Assembly: GCA_051294905.1 (NCBI GenBank)
Contig: CM119371.1
Location: 17,300,001 to 17,364,000 of the forward strand
Length of the DNA: 64,000 bases
Reading direction: 5' to 3'
Origin: Botryllus schlosseri
Lineage: Eukaryota
This document shows, one piece after another, positions 40,905 through 53,100 of this stretch. Under the pieces are notes generated by a model, which had not been told where the DNA came from, did no database searches, and saw only the letters and a list, made by a program, of their open reading frames with translations. The position numbers and the translations under genes are program-made. How positions within the stretch are numbered: position 1 is the stretch's first letter; every line of letters begins with the position of its first letter.

Positions 40905-42314
40905 CAGTGGTTCTTAACCTCGCCCTCCGACTCCTGAGTCATTAAACGTACCGACTCCGACTCCGTCGCCAACTCCGACTATTTTCTTTAAGAGGACTCC
41001 GACCCCAACCCGTCTGCAATAGTATTCCCAATTTACTTCGAAAATTATATGCCACAGTGACGGTTAAATGACTAATGTATAACCATTAAAAAGATGCGAA
41101 CATATTATTAACGATGGCGTGCATAATTGTTTCATTGTGGCGCAGCTCTAATTATTCACTATGCAACTAACATGGTAGAATGCATTTCTAAATATCCTTC
41201 GGTTTATTCATATTTTATAGGTTTTCTTGACATGGACTCTTTAATACCCTGATATGTATGAATCATTCAAACATGGCGTCTATCCAATAATGTATAGTTA
41301 AAATGTCGATAAAACAATTGAAGTGTAGCTCTTGTGTATGAGTCAGCAACTAATACAGAGATCTAATTTACCAACTTCCTCATTACATACTATAGCCTAC
41401 GGATTACAAGCACACACATTCTCACTACTAATAAACATTGGGCAGAAATGAAATTTAGGAAGTAGTCAAATGTCATATGTGTAGTCAAGCAGCTGAGCTA
41501 CAATAGAAATATTTTTAATTTTGTCAAGTGGGAAGCAGCGTATGGTTATATTCACGTAGGGTTACCATACGTCTTCTTTTGAGAGGATTTGTCCTCTTTT
41601 TTGACTTTTTTGAAAGTGTCCTCGGGGGACGCCCTTTGTCCTCTTTTTTAGTCATCCACCTAGCAATGCGGAGAGAAAAACGGTATTTTGAGATCTGAGC
41701 GGAAAGATTACTTTTTTTTTAGTCAACCGATCACAAAGGGGGAAAAATTCACCGGTTTTGAGAATTCTTCTCCGGTTTTGCCAGTCTCAAATTTCTGAAA
41801 AAGTGTCCTCTTTTTAGATTTTCAAAATATGGTAGGCCTACATTCACGTCAATCTTACAATTTCACAAAACCAGACGATGTATATTTACTCTGTCACAGT
41901 ATTATGGTGTAATTGCAAAATTTGCATAATTTGTGACTGCATCACGATAATGCATATTGCGACGCAACTGAATTGCAATTTGCAAATAGTGTCCAATTTC
42001 ATCAATATCGTCAATAAAAATAACAGTGATTGATGGTGCATAATAATCCTTTTTTAGTCATTATTAGTAATTTAAAGATACATTTGAGAGCAATTGTTTT
42101 CATAATGAAGAAGTTGGATTCGGAGTCGGAGTCAGGGTGATTTTCACAAGCTCTGACTCCGACTCCAGCCATTATATTTTCACGACTGCGACTCCGACTC
42201 CAAGTAGTGCTAAAAATGTTCGAGACTCCGACTCCGTTAAGCGAATAATTAGCCTCCGACTCCGACTCCAACTCCACCGACTCCGACTCCACCGAGTCTG
42301 ACTCCACCGCCCTG
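40905..42314. mobile_element. gactccgactcc-family element with nested MITE 41557-41840
   Basis: Colinear with 22310-24276; nested tagggttacc..ggtaggccta with TSD tattcacg/cattcacg. Confidence 0.75.
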
Positions 42315-43719
42315 GTAGGAATTGTGTCTGACAAAGTAGGTGCATAGAAATAACTAGGTTGGGAGTTTATCCTTACAGGAATATTACGAGTTATCCGGTA
42401 CTGCTGTGTTGTTAACAGTAAACATACATACGCACACGCTCGCCGCGACCCAATAACGTACGGTGTTCTGTATTTCGCGATTTCACGTAGCACTGCTTGA
42501 CTACTTCGATTGGATACAGATCAAAATCGTGGCCTGGATAGACCAGAGGTCTCAAACGCGGCCCGACAGAGCATTTTGTGCGGCCCGCGACGACATTTTA
42601 AATTTTTATTAATTTGACAATATATAAGAGTCACATATATCTTTTCAGGTTATAAAGTGAAAATTCCCTCTTAATGCTCCGAAATCCTGAAACTATTCAT
42701 CAAACTCCACTATCACATCAATTGCAAACGCTACCATGCAGTGGAAGACTTACTAATTCGCCACATTTCCAATTCATGATGACAAAACCTGACCCTGAGA
42801 CGATTCGCGACTCAAATTTGTCAGTTGGACTTGGACGCGACTCAGACTCGGGCTAGCTCGATGGCAAAATGAAAATGACTGGAGTGGACTCGGAGTGATT
42901 CGGAATGCCGTGAATTTGTTAGAACCATGGACGCATCAAACTAATCGCGTAGCCTATCAGGGGAATAGTAATAGATCAGATGGTCGCAGCTTGGTATTTC
43001 GCTAACTAAGCAAGTAGTTATGGCAACCAGTGGCAATCTGTAAGTTACATCTTTGGTCGCTATACCACGTTATTAAGGTTACTTAAAGGTACCGAGTACA
43101 GTAGTGGTACGCTCCAATGATGTAACAACAATTGGCCGTTCGGCGTTTAGATATTCCAATCACTAGGACACATTCATTAATATATCTATATTATATCTAT
43201 ATTTTTTCTGCTCCTATATTTAAAGATATTTGGCCATGAGATTAATAGCCTACTTAAGTACTTATCAGAAGTATACCCGAATCCAGGATTGGAATTACAA
43301 TCCTCAACCTAAAAATGTTTTGATATCAGATCATCAGTCTCTATTATCAATCTGTTAAATTTAAGATATTCATAGTAGCTGCAAAATTATAACCCGATAG
43401 CTTTTATGGTGGCATTATGCATTTTCTGCCCATATGGTGTCTATATCTCATAATTATTATATATCAAGTATACAACAACAATTCTATTCCAGTAGTTATA
43501 AATGTGACGATTCTTTTGGTGCCAAGCCCAAACTGATACAAGAGTTAATCACATTTTGACGATGTGTGTTTACTGTCAGTCTGCTGGGTCGGCTCACTTT
43601 CAATAGGACAATTCATTCATGCCAAAGAAGGCCTACTTGGAAAGATATAGAATACCCCTATAAATGCAGCGGCCCGCGGCAGTAGTATATAGGATCGGTC
43701 TGGGGGTGGCAGGGGCTCT

Positions 43720-44780
43720 TATGGGCCCGCTCGCATGTCGCATGGAAAACTCGTGTTGGCATATCGCGCTTTTAGACCCCCCTATCGCTCGCACATCGCC
43801 ATTGGTTCTTATGGGTGCGCTCGCATGTCGCACTTTCCGGTATAGGCATCTCTCACACATCGCATGGAAAACTCGTGTTGGCATATCGCGCTTTTAGACC
43901 CCCCTATCGCTCGCACATCGCCATTGGTTCTCATGGGTGCGCTCGCATGTCGCACTTTCCGGTATAGGCATCTCTCACACATCGCATGGAAAACTCGTGG
44001 TGGCATGTCGTACTTTTGGGTATAGGCGGTGGCGGTGATTCGCCTAGGTAATATTTTGGTAATTAGTTTACCACAGAGCCGGCGTAGACGGCGATTCGAA
44101 TATCAGCAATAACCGCGTTCACAAACTAACACTTCAAAAATGTGTGAAATAGTTTGCAAAACCCCGCGATCGCTGACAAGATAATGTCTCGGACATAACC
44201 ATCTTTCGCGACTTGGTGTTACAGGCACATCGATCGCTCACGCGGTGAAATATTCGTAAGCATCACTCGCAGAATTATATTTTGGTAATTATTTTGTCAC
44301 AGAGCCGGCGTAGACGGCGATTCCAACACCAACAATAACCGTGCACATAAACTAACACTTCAAAAAAAGGTGTGAAATATTTGTAAAATGCTACGATCAC
44401 TCACAAGATAATGTCCCAGACATAACCATCATTCGTGACTTGATGTTACATACATACCAATCGCTCACAAGGTAATATTTTGATAGTTTGGTACGGAACT
44501 TGATTTCACTCGTAAGATTTATTAAGTAACGAATAACAGACCGCCAGTGTCGGTAACTTGAATAGCGACAAATTGTCACTTATTTCCGCTCTAACCCTAA
44601 TCCTTTGTGAAGTGAACGCTTATTCAAAAGGGTGTGATATAATTTTAAAATCCAACGACCACTCACCGGATAATGCTTCAGACATAGCAATCCCTCATAC
44701 CCGCTCACAAGGTAATATTTCGGTAATTAGTTTGTCACAGAACCGTCGCAGGCGGTGATTCGAAAACCGACAATTTGTCA
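43720..44780. repeat. Tandem repeats in the Polinton terminus (122-bp unit x~2.3, then ~200-240-bp units); mirrored at 56740-58420
   Basis: cgcatggaaaactcgtg recurs at 43739, 43861 and 43983; ggtaatattt..taatt recurs near 44047, 44275, 44470 and 44710. Confidence 0.85.
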
Positions 44781-45179
44781 CTCGCCCGCGATCGCTATAT
44801 GTTTCACGCCTCCAGAATAGTGGCTGACTTTAGTTGCGTGATAAGATCCATGAAAATATTCAATCAATGTGTTAGTTTATCAACTTGAAATGAAACTCGC
44901 TACACAAATCAAGTCGATTCGTATCTGAATGTTTTAAATCGGTACAACTCTAATCCTTTGACAAATCCCTTAACGCGTTTTTGTTGAATCGAACGTAACC
45001 CGAATATTGCTGACGCCGACTTTCATCCGCATCGAATTATTCGCGCATTCCGCGCCACTGTTTTCACACTTATAGAATCAATACCAACTATAACTCTACA
45101 AGAATCAAGAATCACAAGTATGTGCATTACACAGTTATTGTCTTTATTAACTTGAAATCAAACACTTAACAAAAACACG

Positions 45180-48100
45180 CAACTAATCATTTGGCAACTC
45201 TAGCATTACCAAAAAATTCCAGTATTGTTGATTGAAAATCCTTGAGTCATTATTATCAAAAATGTTATAGTACCGCATCGGAATCCATTCGCGGGATGTA
45301 CTAAAGGTAAATCCAGATAATCCAAAATGGATTTGGACTTTGACAAACATGACTACCAACTTTGATCCAGTCACATTTCAAGATCATACTTTGAAACAAT
45401 CCTTGAAACTTACAACTCTATTCACGACTGAGTTTTCCGTTTATCAAATAGAGTTTCAGTAAATACTATCGCGATATTTTAATGTGTTACTACACACAAT
45501 AGAATCAATCAATGAAATAGCACCTGTTGTAAATATTTCTAACTTGACAACCACTTGTGCATACCGCGATCGACTTGTGACGCGATGAGTTAAATCGTAA
45601 ATCGGAATATTTCAATCTATTTGTCGAAACCTTGAACAAACTATCAGGTTATTTTTTGTTGTAATCGAGTGAACGGAAATAGTATTACGTCTCAACATTT
45701 TAACATCTTCCCATACACAAAAGAGTAAAATACAAAAAACCTTGTCAAGTCAATCCGTTTGTAACTTACCCAACCAAAGCAAAAAGTATCCTTATGAAAA
45801 GTAGACAAGACTACGCGAGTAATCACCACAATCCAAAATCCATAGCAAGTTCGGTTGTATTCATAGTCCACCAACTCGTATTTTTATTCAACTGTAAAAG
45901 TCGTTACTATTCCGCAAGACAAAGAAATTACTATGTGGTATATTTTGTAAGACAAAAGTAATTACCTCTCGGTGTCGGCGACTTGAGATTACCATATGTT
46001 TTGAGCATATGATATTTGAATGTCTGACCAACGTAGTTAAGAATTCATTTCGTACGATCGAACACCGGTATTACATTGAAAGTTATCATGCTGTAAACAT
46101 AAGGATTGACACATGGATTTGACATATGTAATAGTTGATCATGACTTGATTATTAAATTATTCGCGTTAATTAGACCCGGTGTTGCGGTAAAGGTTATTA
46201 TGACAGCAACAAACTTTTCACCACCGTGGTTATTAACATATTGATTCGTAAAACTATACTTGTCTGAAATGTTCTTGGTTTGAAAGATATTCCGTGTTGG
46301 TACAAATCACTCTGTGTATTACGGATATCAGAAAATATTTTTACAAATGTAGTTGTTTCCAGTAACCAAGACTAAAGGTGACACAACAATTTCGTTTGGA
46401 ATATCTTTACTGGACGCATCCTATTCTACTAGACTTGAGTAATACACAAAACTCATGGCATTAACAAAATCACAATAGGCGCTACACTGAAATCTACAAA
46501 ATGTGTTTGTATTGTTACTCAAAGTAGTGATCATAAATTATCATTTAAATAAGTAATTGTAATCATAAAACCAAACTTGTGAAAGTCATTACCATAACAA
46601 AAGAATATTGTAGGTTGCTTGCTAAATGTATGCCGGAAATATTTGTAGAACGCTCACGACCAAAGAAATCGGAAATTTCTCCCCATTGTCATTCGTCAAA
46701 GTATATGTTGTCACAATACTCATCCCGTAAAAGATCTTACTTGTATGTGATTGAATCGCCGGTAATTAACTCGCTAAATCAAACCATAAGGAAATTTCAC
46801 TCAGTCATCGGATTATGATATTAAACAGCGTCGCTTAATCGGCGTAGAGCGTTTTTCTAAATGCAAATCATACCTGACCAACAGAAAACAATTTTCACTC
46901 ACCTTGTAATGAAACCACACTGTTAAAAATATTCTATGCCAAATTACTGGTCTGGTCCTGGCAGCAGTTTTACGACTCTGAGACCAGTAAATTTGAAAAA
47001 TATTTTCCCGTAAATATTATTGACCGTAATTTATTTTTACAAAGACTGACTGTTAAAATTTTTACGGAAAATTCCCGTTACCTGATGTAACGGAAAACGG
47101 CTGTAATACCAAGTTACTGGTCTAGTCCAGTGCAGCAGTTTTACGCTGATGAGACCAGTAAATTCGAAATAACTCTCCCCGTAATATGATTTTACATATG
47201 CTGACCGTAGGAAATTTTACGGAAAATTTCCGTATCCTAAGGTAACAGAAATCTGCTGTAATATCAATATACTCGTCTGGTCCCTTGCAGCAGTTTTACG
47301 TTCCTGAGACCAGTAAATTTGAATCAGGTTTATTTGGTGCAGGAACACGTAAAAAAAAGTAAGTGTGGATAATGACGAAAATCCAGTCTTTCTTGTGGAG
47401 ATCATCGGTCAGCAACTGCCTGAATGAAGAAGGCTTCATCAAAACTTCAGCAGCAGTTGAAGGACTGTACTTTGGGCCATGCTTTTTTGTAGGTTCTTCT
47501 TTAATCTGAACAAAGATTATGCTGTCATCAACACCGTTAAAATTTGGAAACTTTGAGATGCTATAGTATGACATACTGCGACTTTTCATATTCTTGTCAA
47601 TTTCTTACATAATGATGGCCTAGGATAGCGATGTCGAACATAAGGCCAGCAGGCCGCATGCGGCCTGCGAAGCAATTCTGAGTAGTTTGAAAAACCCCTG
47701 TATTACCCAGCACATTTTCTAACAAATGTTGAGATATTATTGTAAGAAATGCTTCCCGCAAGGCCACAAATGTCAAGATCATAGACCGTGATATAATTAT
47801 CCGACAGTGGTGTTATGGTTTTACTCTAGTCATCATCAGGAACAAGTTGGTGATACTGACATCCAATTCCAAAAACTCCAGAAAGTGCACACTGAGTTCA
47901 TATTTTTATGAAGAAATGAGCCAAAAAGTAGTTATTCGTGAAGTGAAAAAAAACTGTTATATGCAGGTCGCATGGAAAATATAATAGTTATAAAAAATAC
48001 AATTCAAATATATTTGGTCGCACTGCTGTATCACTTCTACTGTAAGGCCCCAGACAGACAGAGAAACCCGAATGACGATTAATAATGAGCCACATTCTAA

Positions 48101-51100
48101 CGTCTGCGTTTACAATTAAATCACTTGTGTTCCTCAAAGCGCATACGATGAGTTAACGGCAGATTACGATTAAAACAAAGGGAGCATACAAATATGTCAG
48201 CTTATTCCGTGGTTAGAGTCAGTGTTTAAGCGGTTGAATTCAAACGATCAATCTTTGAATTTTTGCCAAACTTCCGTTGTTTGCGAGTAAAGGTGCTGCT
48301 AGAATATATCCATATGATATGATCGTGAATGTTATGTAATATACCAAAATGTATACAGGATTGATAATAAACTATTTAAGCGAAAAGTAAGGTCGGGCGT
48401 TTTGATGTACCTTAACATTTTGGAATGATTTGACTGATCCGGCCCGCGAGCGGTTTGAAAGTTTGAATCTGGCCAGCGACGCAAGTTGAGTTTGATACGG
48501 ATACCCTTGGCCTAGGACTTCGTACCTGAATCATCTTTTCCAGCGTGATTGCAAACTTTTCTGGCAATACTCCTTTGCATCGCACGTCCAATGTATTTCG
48601 CACGGCATCGTGCTAGAAGCGAGAGGCGAAATGATCCCTTTCTATCACATAAGCATTCGACGTCATGATTCATAATGCCATAACGCTTCCCTTTTCGTGT
48701 AGTTCAATGTCAGAAAATGTAATACATTCTTATAAGCCATAGCTTCTGTTCACCATTAAACTGTAACGAAAATACATACGTCTTCAGAAACAGGACTGAG
48801 AATAACTTGCCAGATTTGAGCTCGGATACTGCTATACCTACAATATCTGCTATCAACACCTGCAATATTCTAAAGCTAGAGTTAAGCTGTGGCATCGAAA
48901 CCCTCAATATCTTACAGCAACACATCTTGTTATTATCCAATACGAAAACATCGCGTCGATATAATATCTATCTCGGAACATTCAGCCGCACGTGCTCAGG
49001 CTCAGATATGTCTGACGTCTGACGCCACTATGTCTGGAAAATGTATGACGTCACAATGTACTGTTCGCTCGAGCAGCTACGAATTCATGATCAAACAATT
49101 CACAAGGCCATTCGCAGGAAAAAGGTAAAGGACGTCTACTACTCTCGTCTCAATGGCAAAGGAGCATGGCGGCTAAACACCAGTTCCAGTGTTTCGATAT
49201 ATAGTTTGCATCATACATGCGTTAAGGAGTCTACAATGGTGGCAGAACTGGTCCAACAGATAATTACACAAAAGATCATACCTGCAGTAAAACTACATAA
49301 CATACCAAATTCGCTTGCCATGCTACTATTGCTAGACCTTAATGTCTCAAAGGATACTATTTATGAAGCGATATAAACGATGGTATCTGCAATGCCCAAA
49401 TGTTCGGATACCATTCACCGATTAGCAATCAGCACGGCCATCGATGTCGTAATTTGGTTGATGATTGAAACATGATGTAATTACGAAAATCACATATATA
49501 TATGTACATAAGACCGTAAGCGTGTAAAATGATCGAACTGTGAGTTCAATAGCAATGTTGCAAATATTGATTATCCAGTAAATCGCTTTTACGAATGCCA
49601 AAGTAAATCCGGAATACTTATTATCCAGTTAATTGCTTTTACAAATCCAAAAGTAAATCTGAAATACTGGTTATCCCGTAAATTGCTTCTACGAATTTAA
49701 TCTGTAATTTTTTTACCCTCTAAAAACAAGTAAATTTACTTTTGACGTGCCCGTATATTAATTTAACGGGCATTTACCGTTAATATAACTGACGGGACAA
49801 ATTTACCGGTATAATTTGGGTAAATCTACGAATATTTCTAAGAGTGCAAGTGGTGGACCTTCGTTCAATATTTTGTTTGTGTCAAATACTTTGCAATAAA
49901 CACACACACTGGAGTGGTTGAGCTTTACATCATCAAGCTGTCATCTGTAAATCGAGATCACATCCGACTTGTAACTGTATCGTTTACCTAACCGAGTTGT
50001 ATGCACAGTTTCATATTTTTATCATTTAGTGATTGCTGAACATACCAAACGATACACATTCACTTCCGAAATACTGCGTTGATCTCAATTCCCTTTGTCG
50101 TGATAACCGAAGTACATTTGTTTCGAATTCGTAACAGCCGACTTTTCTATGACACGATAAATTTTGACAAGTTATGCTTAGAAGATTGGTTGCATATCGC
50201 GAAAAATAACATACTGCTCATATTGATACTGTTAATCGGTATCTTCACGTGAGTCGATTTTCAAATGAGTAAAATTTATTACATGAGTTTCTCCGCTTAA
50301 TGTAAATGAAAACTCAGTCGTCTTTTAACATCACAAAGACATTGATAAAAAGTAAGCAATCAAACACAACACTTTGTACGACACTAATTATTGTTCCACA
50401 CATCTCATTTCATACTAAGTGTATACGAAAGATATTCATGTTACACGAAAATATTCGCTCATGCTACAAACCTGTACAATGATTGGTGGTGTAAGTCCAG
50501 CACAATTGTGGTATCCATACGAGGTTAGTTAACACAATTTACGACACCGAGGTCGCCTCATCCTTCGTAAGACAACAAACCAAGGCTTCAGGATATGTCC
50601 ATGTCATAACAATAAATCAGCTACTCCAACAACAGAGTACATATGTTTTCTAGCACGGTGCTTACATCTTACACACAAATCAACCTACTTTGCTAACGAA
50701 AAGTGCTGAGTCATCACATGGTTGTCCTCACAACAATACAACTAAAACATACTATCATACAAAATGGCCGTTATAGTTTGCACACCAACGATACATCGTA
50801 CAAGTAGCAAGTCTCGAGAATCCAGTTATTCAAAAAACGTGAAAGTGTTTCTACGCCAAGTCGGTATGTTGACGAAAGCATATATTGTAATATCATGATC
50901 GATTTACATTCGTTGGTCACAAAATGTCACTACTCTAAATAATTATTTTTCACTCAAAGCCTACTTGTCACCATTCGTTTCATCAAGCACGAGTTTAAGA
51001 AACCTGCTACGACATGAATTGTTTATGTTGTGTAAATAGGTAATAATTAATTTTAGTAACACTATATCAACATCATCGAGTTGCGCGAATAAATTTACAT

Positions 51101-51340
51101 GTGGTCTTGTGGTTTTAATCGAAGTATACAGCACGGTCTAATGTAGAGTCATCTCTACTGTACAGCAACTCGGTAATCGAAATGTATTAAAATTTAAACA
51201 ACGATCTTGTTTCGTCGCACCAAAAATATGTTTACTATCGCGATACTCTGCACAGGCCGTGTAAATCCTTTTCACACTCGTAATAGTATGCCAACAGCGA
51301 CCGGCGACAACGTTTAACAATACCAACGACACTAAACATA
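45180..51340 (-). pseudogene. Decayed protein-primed DNA polymerase B, left arm (split by the EnSpm insertion)
   Basis: Reverse complement of 53100-56333 with essentially the same lesions. Confidence 0.6.
46918..49846. mobile_element. EnSpm/CACTA-type DNA transposon in the left arm only; nested hAT MITE 47626-48509
   Basis: TIR cactgttaaaaatattc/gaatatttctaagagtg; 2-bp TSD CA shown by the empty site in the right arm (54590-54605); subterminal repeats. Nested element TSD gcctagga. Confidence 0.85.
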
Positions 51341-51880
51341 CGATACCTACCCAAGTAAAATTACCATTTTCACCTGGAGGTCGGTCGTTACCCGAGTAGA
51401 AATACCATTGTCCTTTGGAGATTTATCGTTTACCCAGTGTAACAAACCCCTTTTCCTTTGGAAATCTATTTTTTCTCTGGTTAACAAACCTTTTTCACTT
51501 GGAAATATATTTTTTCTCTGGGTAACAAACCTTTTTCACTTGGAAATATATTTTTTCTCTGGGTAACAAACCTTTTTCACTTGGAAATATATTTTTTCCC
51601 CGGATAACAAACCTTTTTCCCTGAGCAACAAACCATTTTCACTTGGTGGTCCGTCGTTTACCCGAGTAAAAATATCATTTTCTTTTGGAGATCCGGCGTT
51701 TACCCAGTGTAACAATACATTTTCACTTGGAAAAATACTTTTACCTAGAGTAACTAATCATTTTCTCCTGGGTAACAAACCCTTTTCGTCTGGAAACTAT
51801 CATTTACCTGAGTACCAATACAGTTTTCACTTGGAAATCTACCTTCTCCATGGGTAACAATATCATTTTCGTTTTGAAAA
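51340..51880. repeat. 39-41-bp minisatellite, left arm
   Basis: Unit aacaaacctttttcacttggaaatatattttttctctgggt at 51483, 51524 and 51565, plus diverged copies. Confidence 0.9.
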
Positions 51881-52569
51881 CTGACAACCACACCGGACAA
51901 TTTGATAGTTTTGAACATGAATTTGTTTTCCATGATGTTTGTACACCGACAAATTGTATGTACACCTCGTCTACGTGAATACTTGTGAACAATCGTGACG
52001 TACTTGATGTGTAATGTCTTGTTATTTTCATGGAGACACAGGGTGTAACATGTTTACTTGAATATTGGTCGTTGGTTCATGAGTGAATATCCGGATCAGG
52101 CCCCCACACACTTTCTCGTATTAGTGATCCGGTTTCAGCTGACTGGAGCGACATGTATTGATCAGTAAAGACACAATATAGTAAACAGACCTGAGGAAAC
52201 TCACAAGTAACCCGGAGTTGTTAGCGCGATGGGGAACATAAATTCATTATCCGTGTATCAACCAGCTACCAAAGTCGAGGAGGTGTTTTATTCAGACATT
52301 TTGACTCTGGAAAATCCAAAGCACGAACCCGGACATCACGGACATATCGGAAACCCCTTTATCCGCCAATTCCGAAAACATACATGTCGATGTACAACAG
52401 CTCATTGTTATTGTATGTGAGTAACCAATGATTTTGATGGGATGCATCAGAGCAAGTGAATATTTGATTAGACAAATGTATCGGAGTCGTGGTTGGTGTA
52501 TATTTTGTCACTGCCCGTTGTAACAATATACAAAACTATCAAATTGTCCGGTGTGGTTGTCAGTTTTCA

Positions 52570-53100
52570 AAACGAAAATGATATTGTTACCCAGGGAGAA
52601 GGTAGATTTCCAAGTGAAAACTGTATTGGTACTCAGGTAAATGATAGTTTCCAGACGAAAAGGGTTTGTTACCCAGGAGAAAATGATTAGTTACTCTAGG
52701 TAAAAGTATTTTTCCAAGTGAAAATGTATTGTTACACTGGGTAAACGCAGGATCTCCAAAAGAAAATGATATTTTTACTCGGGTAAACGACGGACCACCA
52801 AGTGAAAATGGTTTGTTGCTCAGGGAAAAAGGTTTGTTATCCGGGGGAAAAATATATTTCCAAGTGAAAAAGGTTTGTTACCCAGAGAAAAAATATATTT
52901 CCAAGTGAAAAAGGTTTGTTACCCAGAGAAAAAATATATTTCCAAGTGAAAAAGGTTTGTTAACCAGAGAAAAAATAGATTTCCAAAGGAAAAGGGGTTT
53001 GTTACACTGGGTAAACGATAAATCTCCAAAGGACAATGGTATTTCTACTCGGGTAACGACCGACCTCCAGGTGAAAATGGTAATTTTACTTGGGTAGGTA
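52570..53100. repeat. 39-41-bp minisatellite, right arm (mirror)
   Basis: Reverse complement of 51340-51880. Confidence 0.9.

Noticed and set aside
49041..49376. 111-aa ORF as EnSpm transposase
   Set aside because: No recognisable motif; cannot be assigned.
51340..53100. CRISPR-like array
   Set aside because: Units are contiguous tandem repeats without unique spacers; there are no cas genes and the context is eukaryotic.
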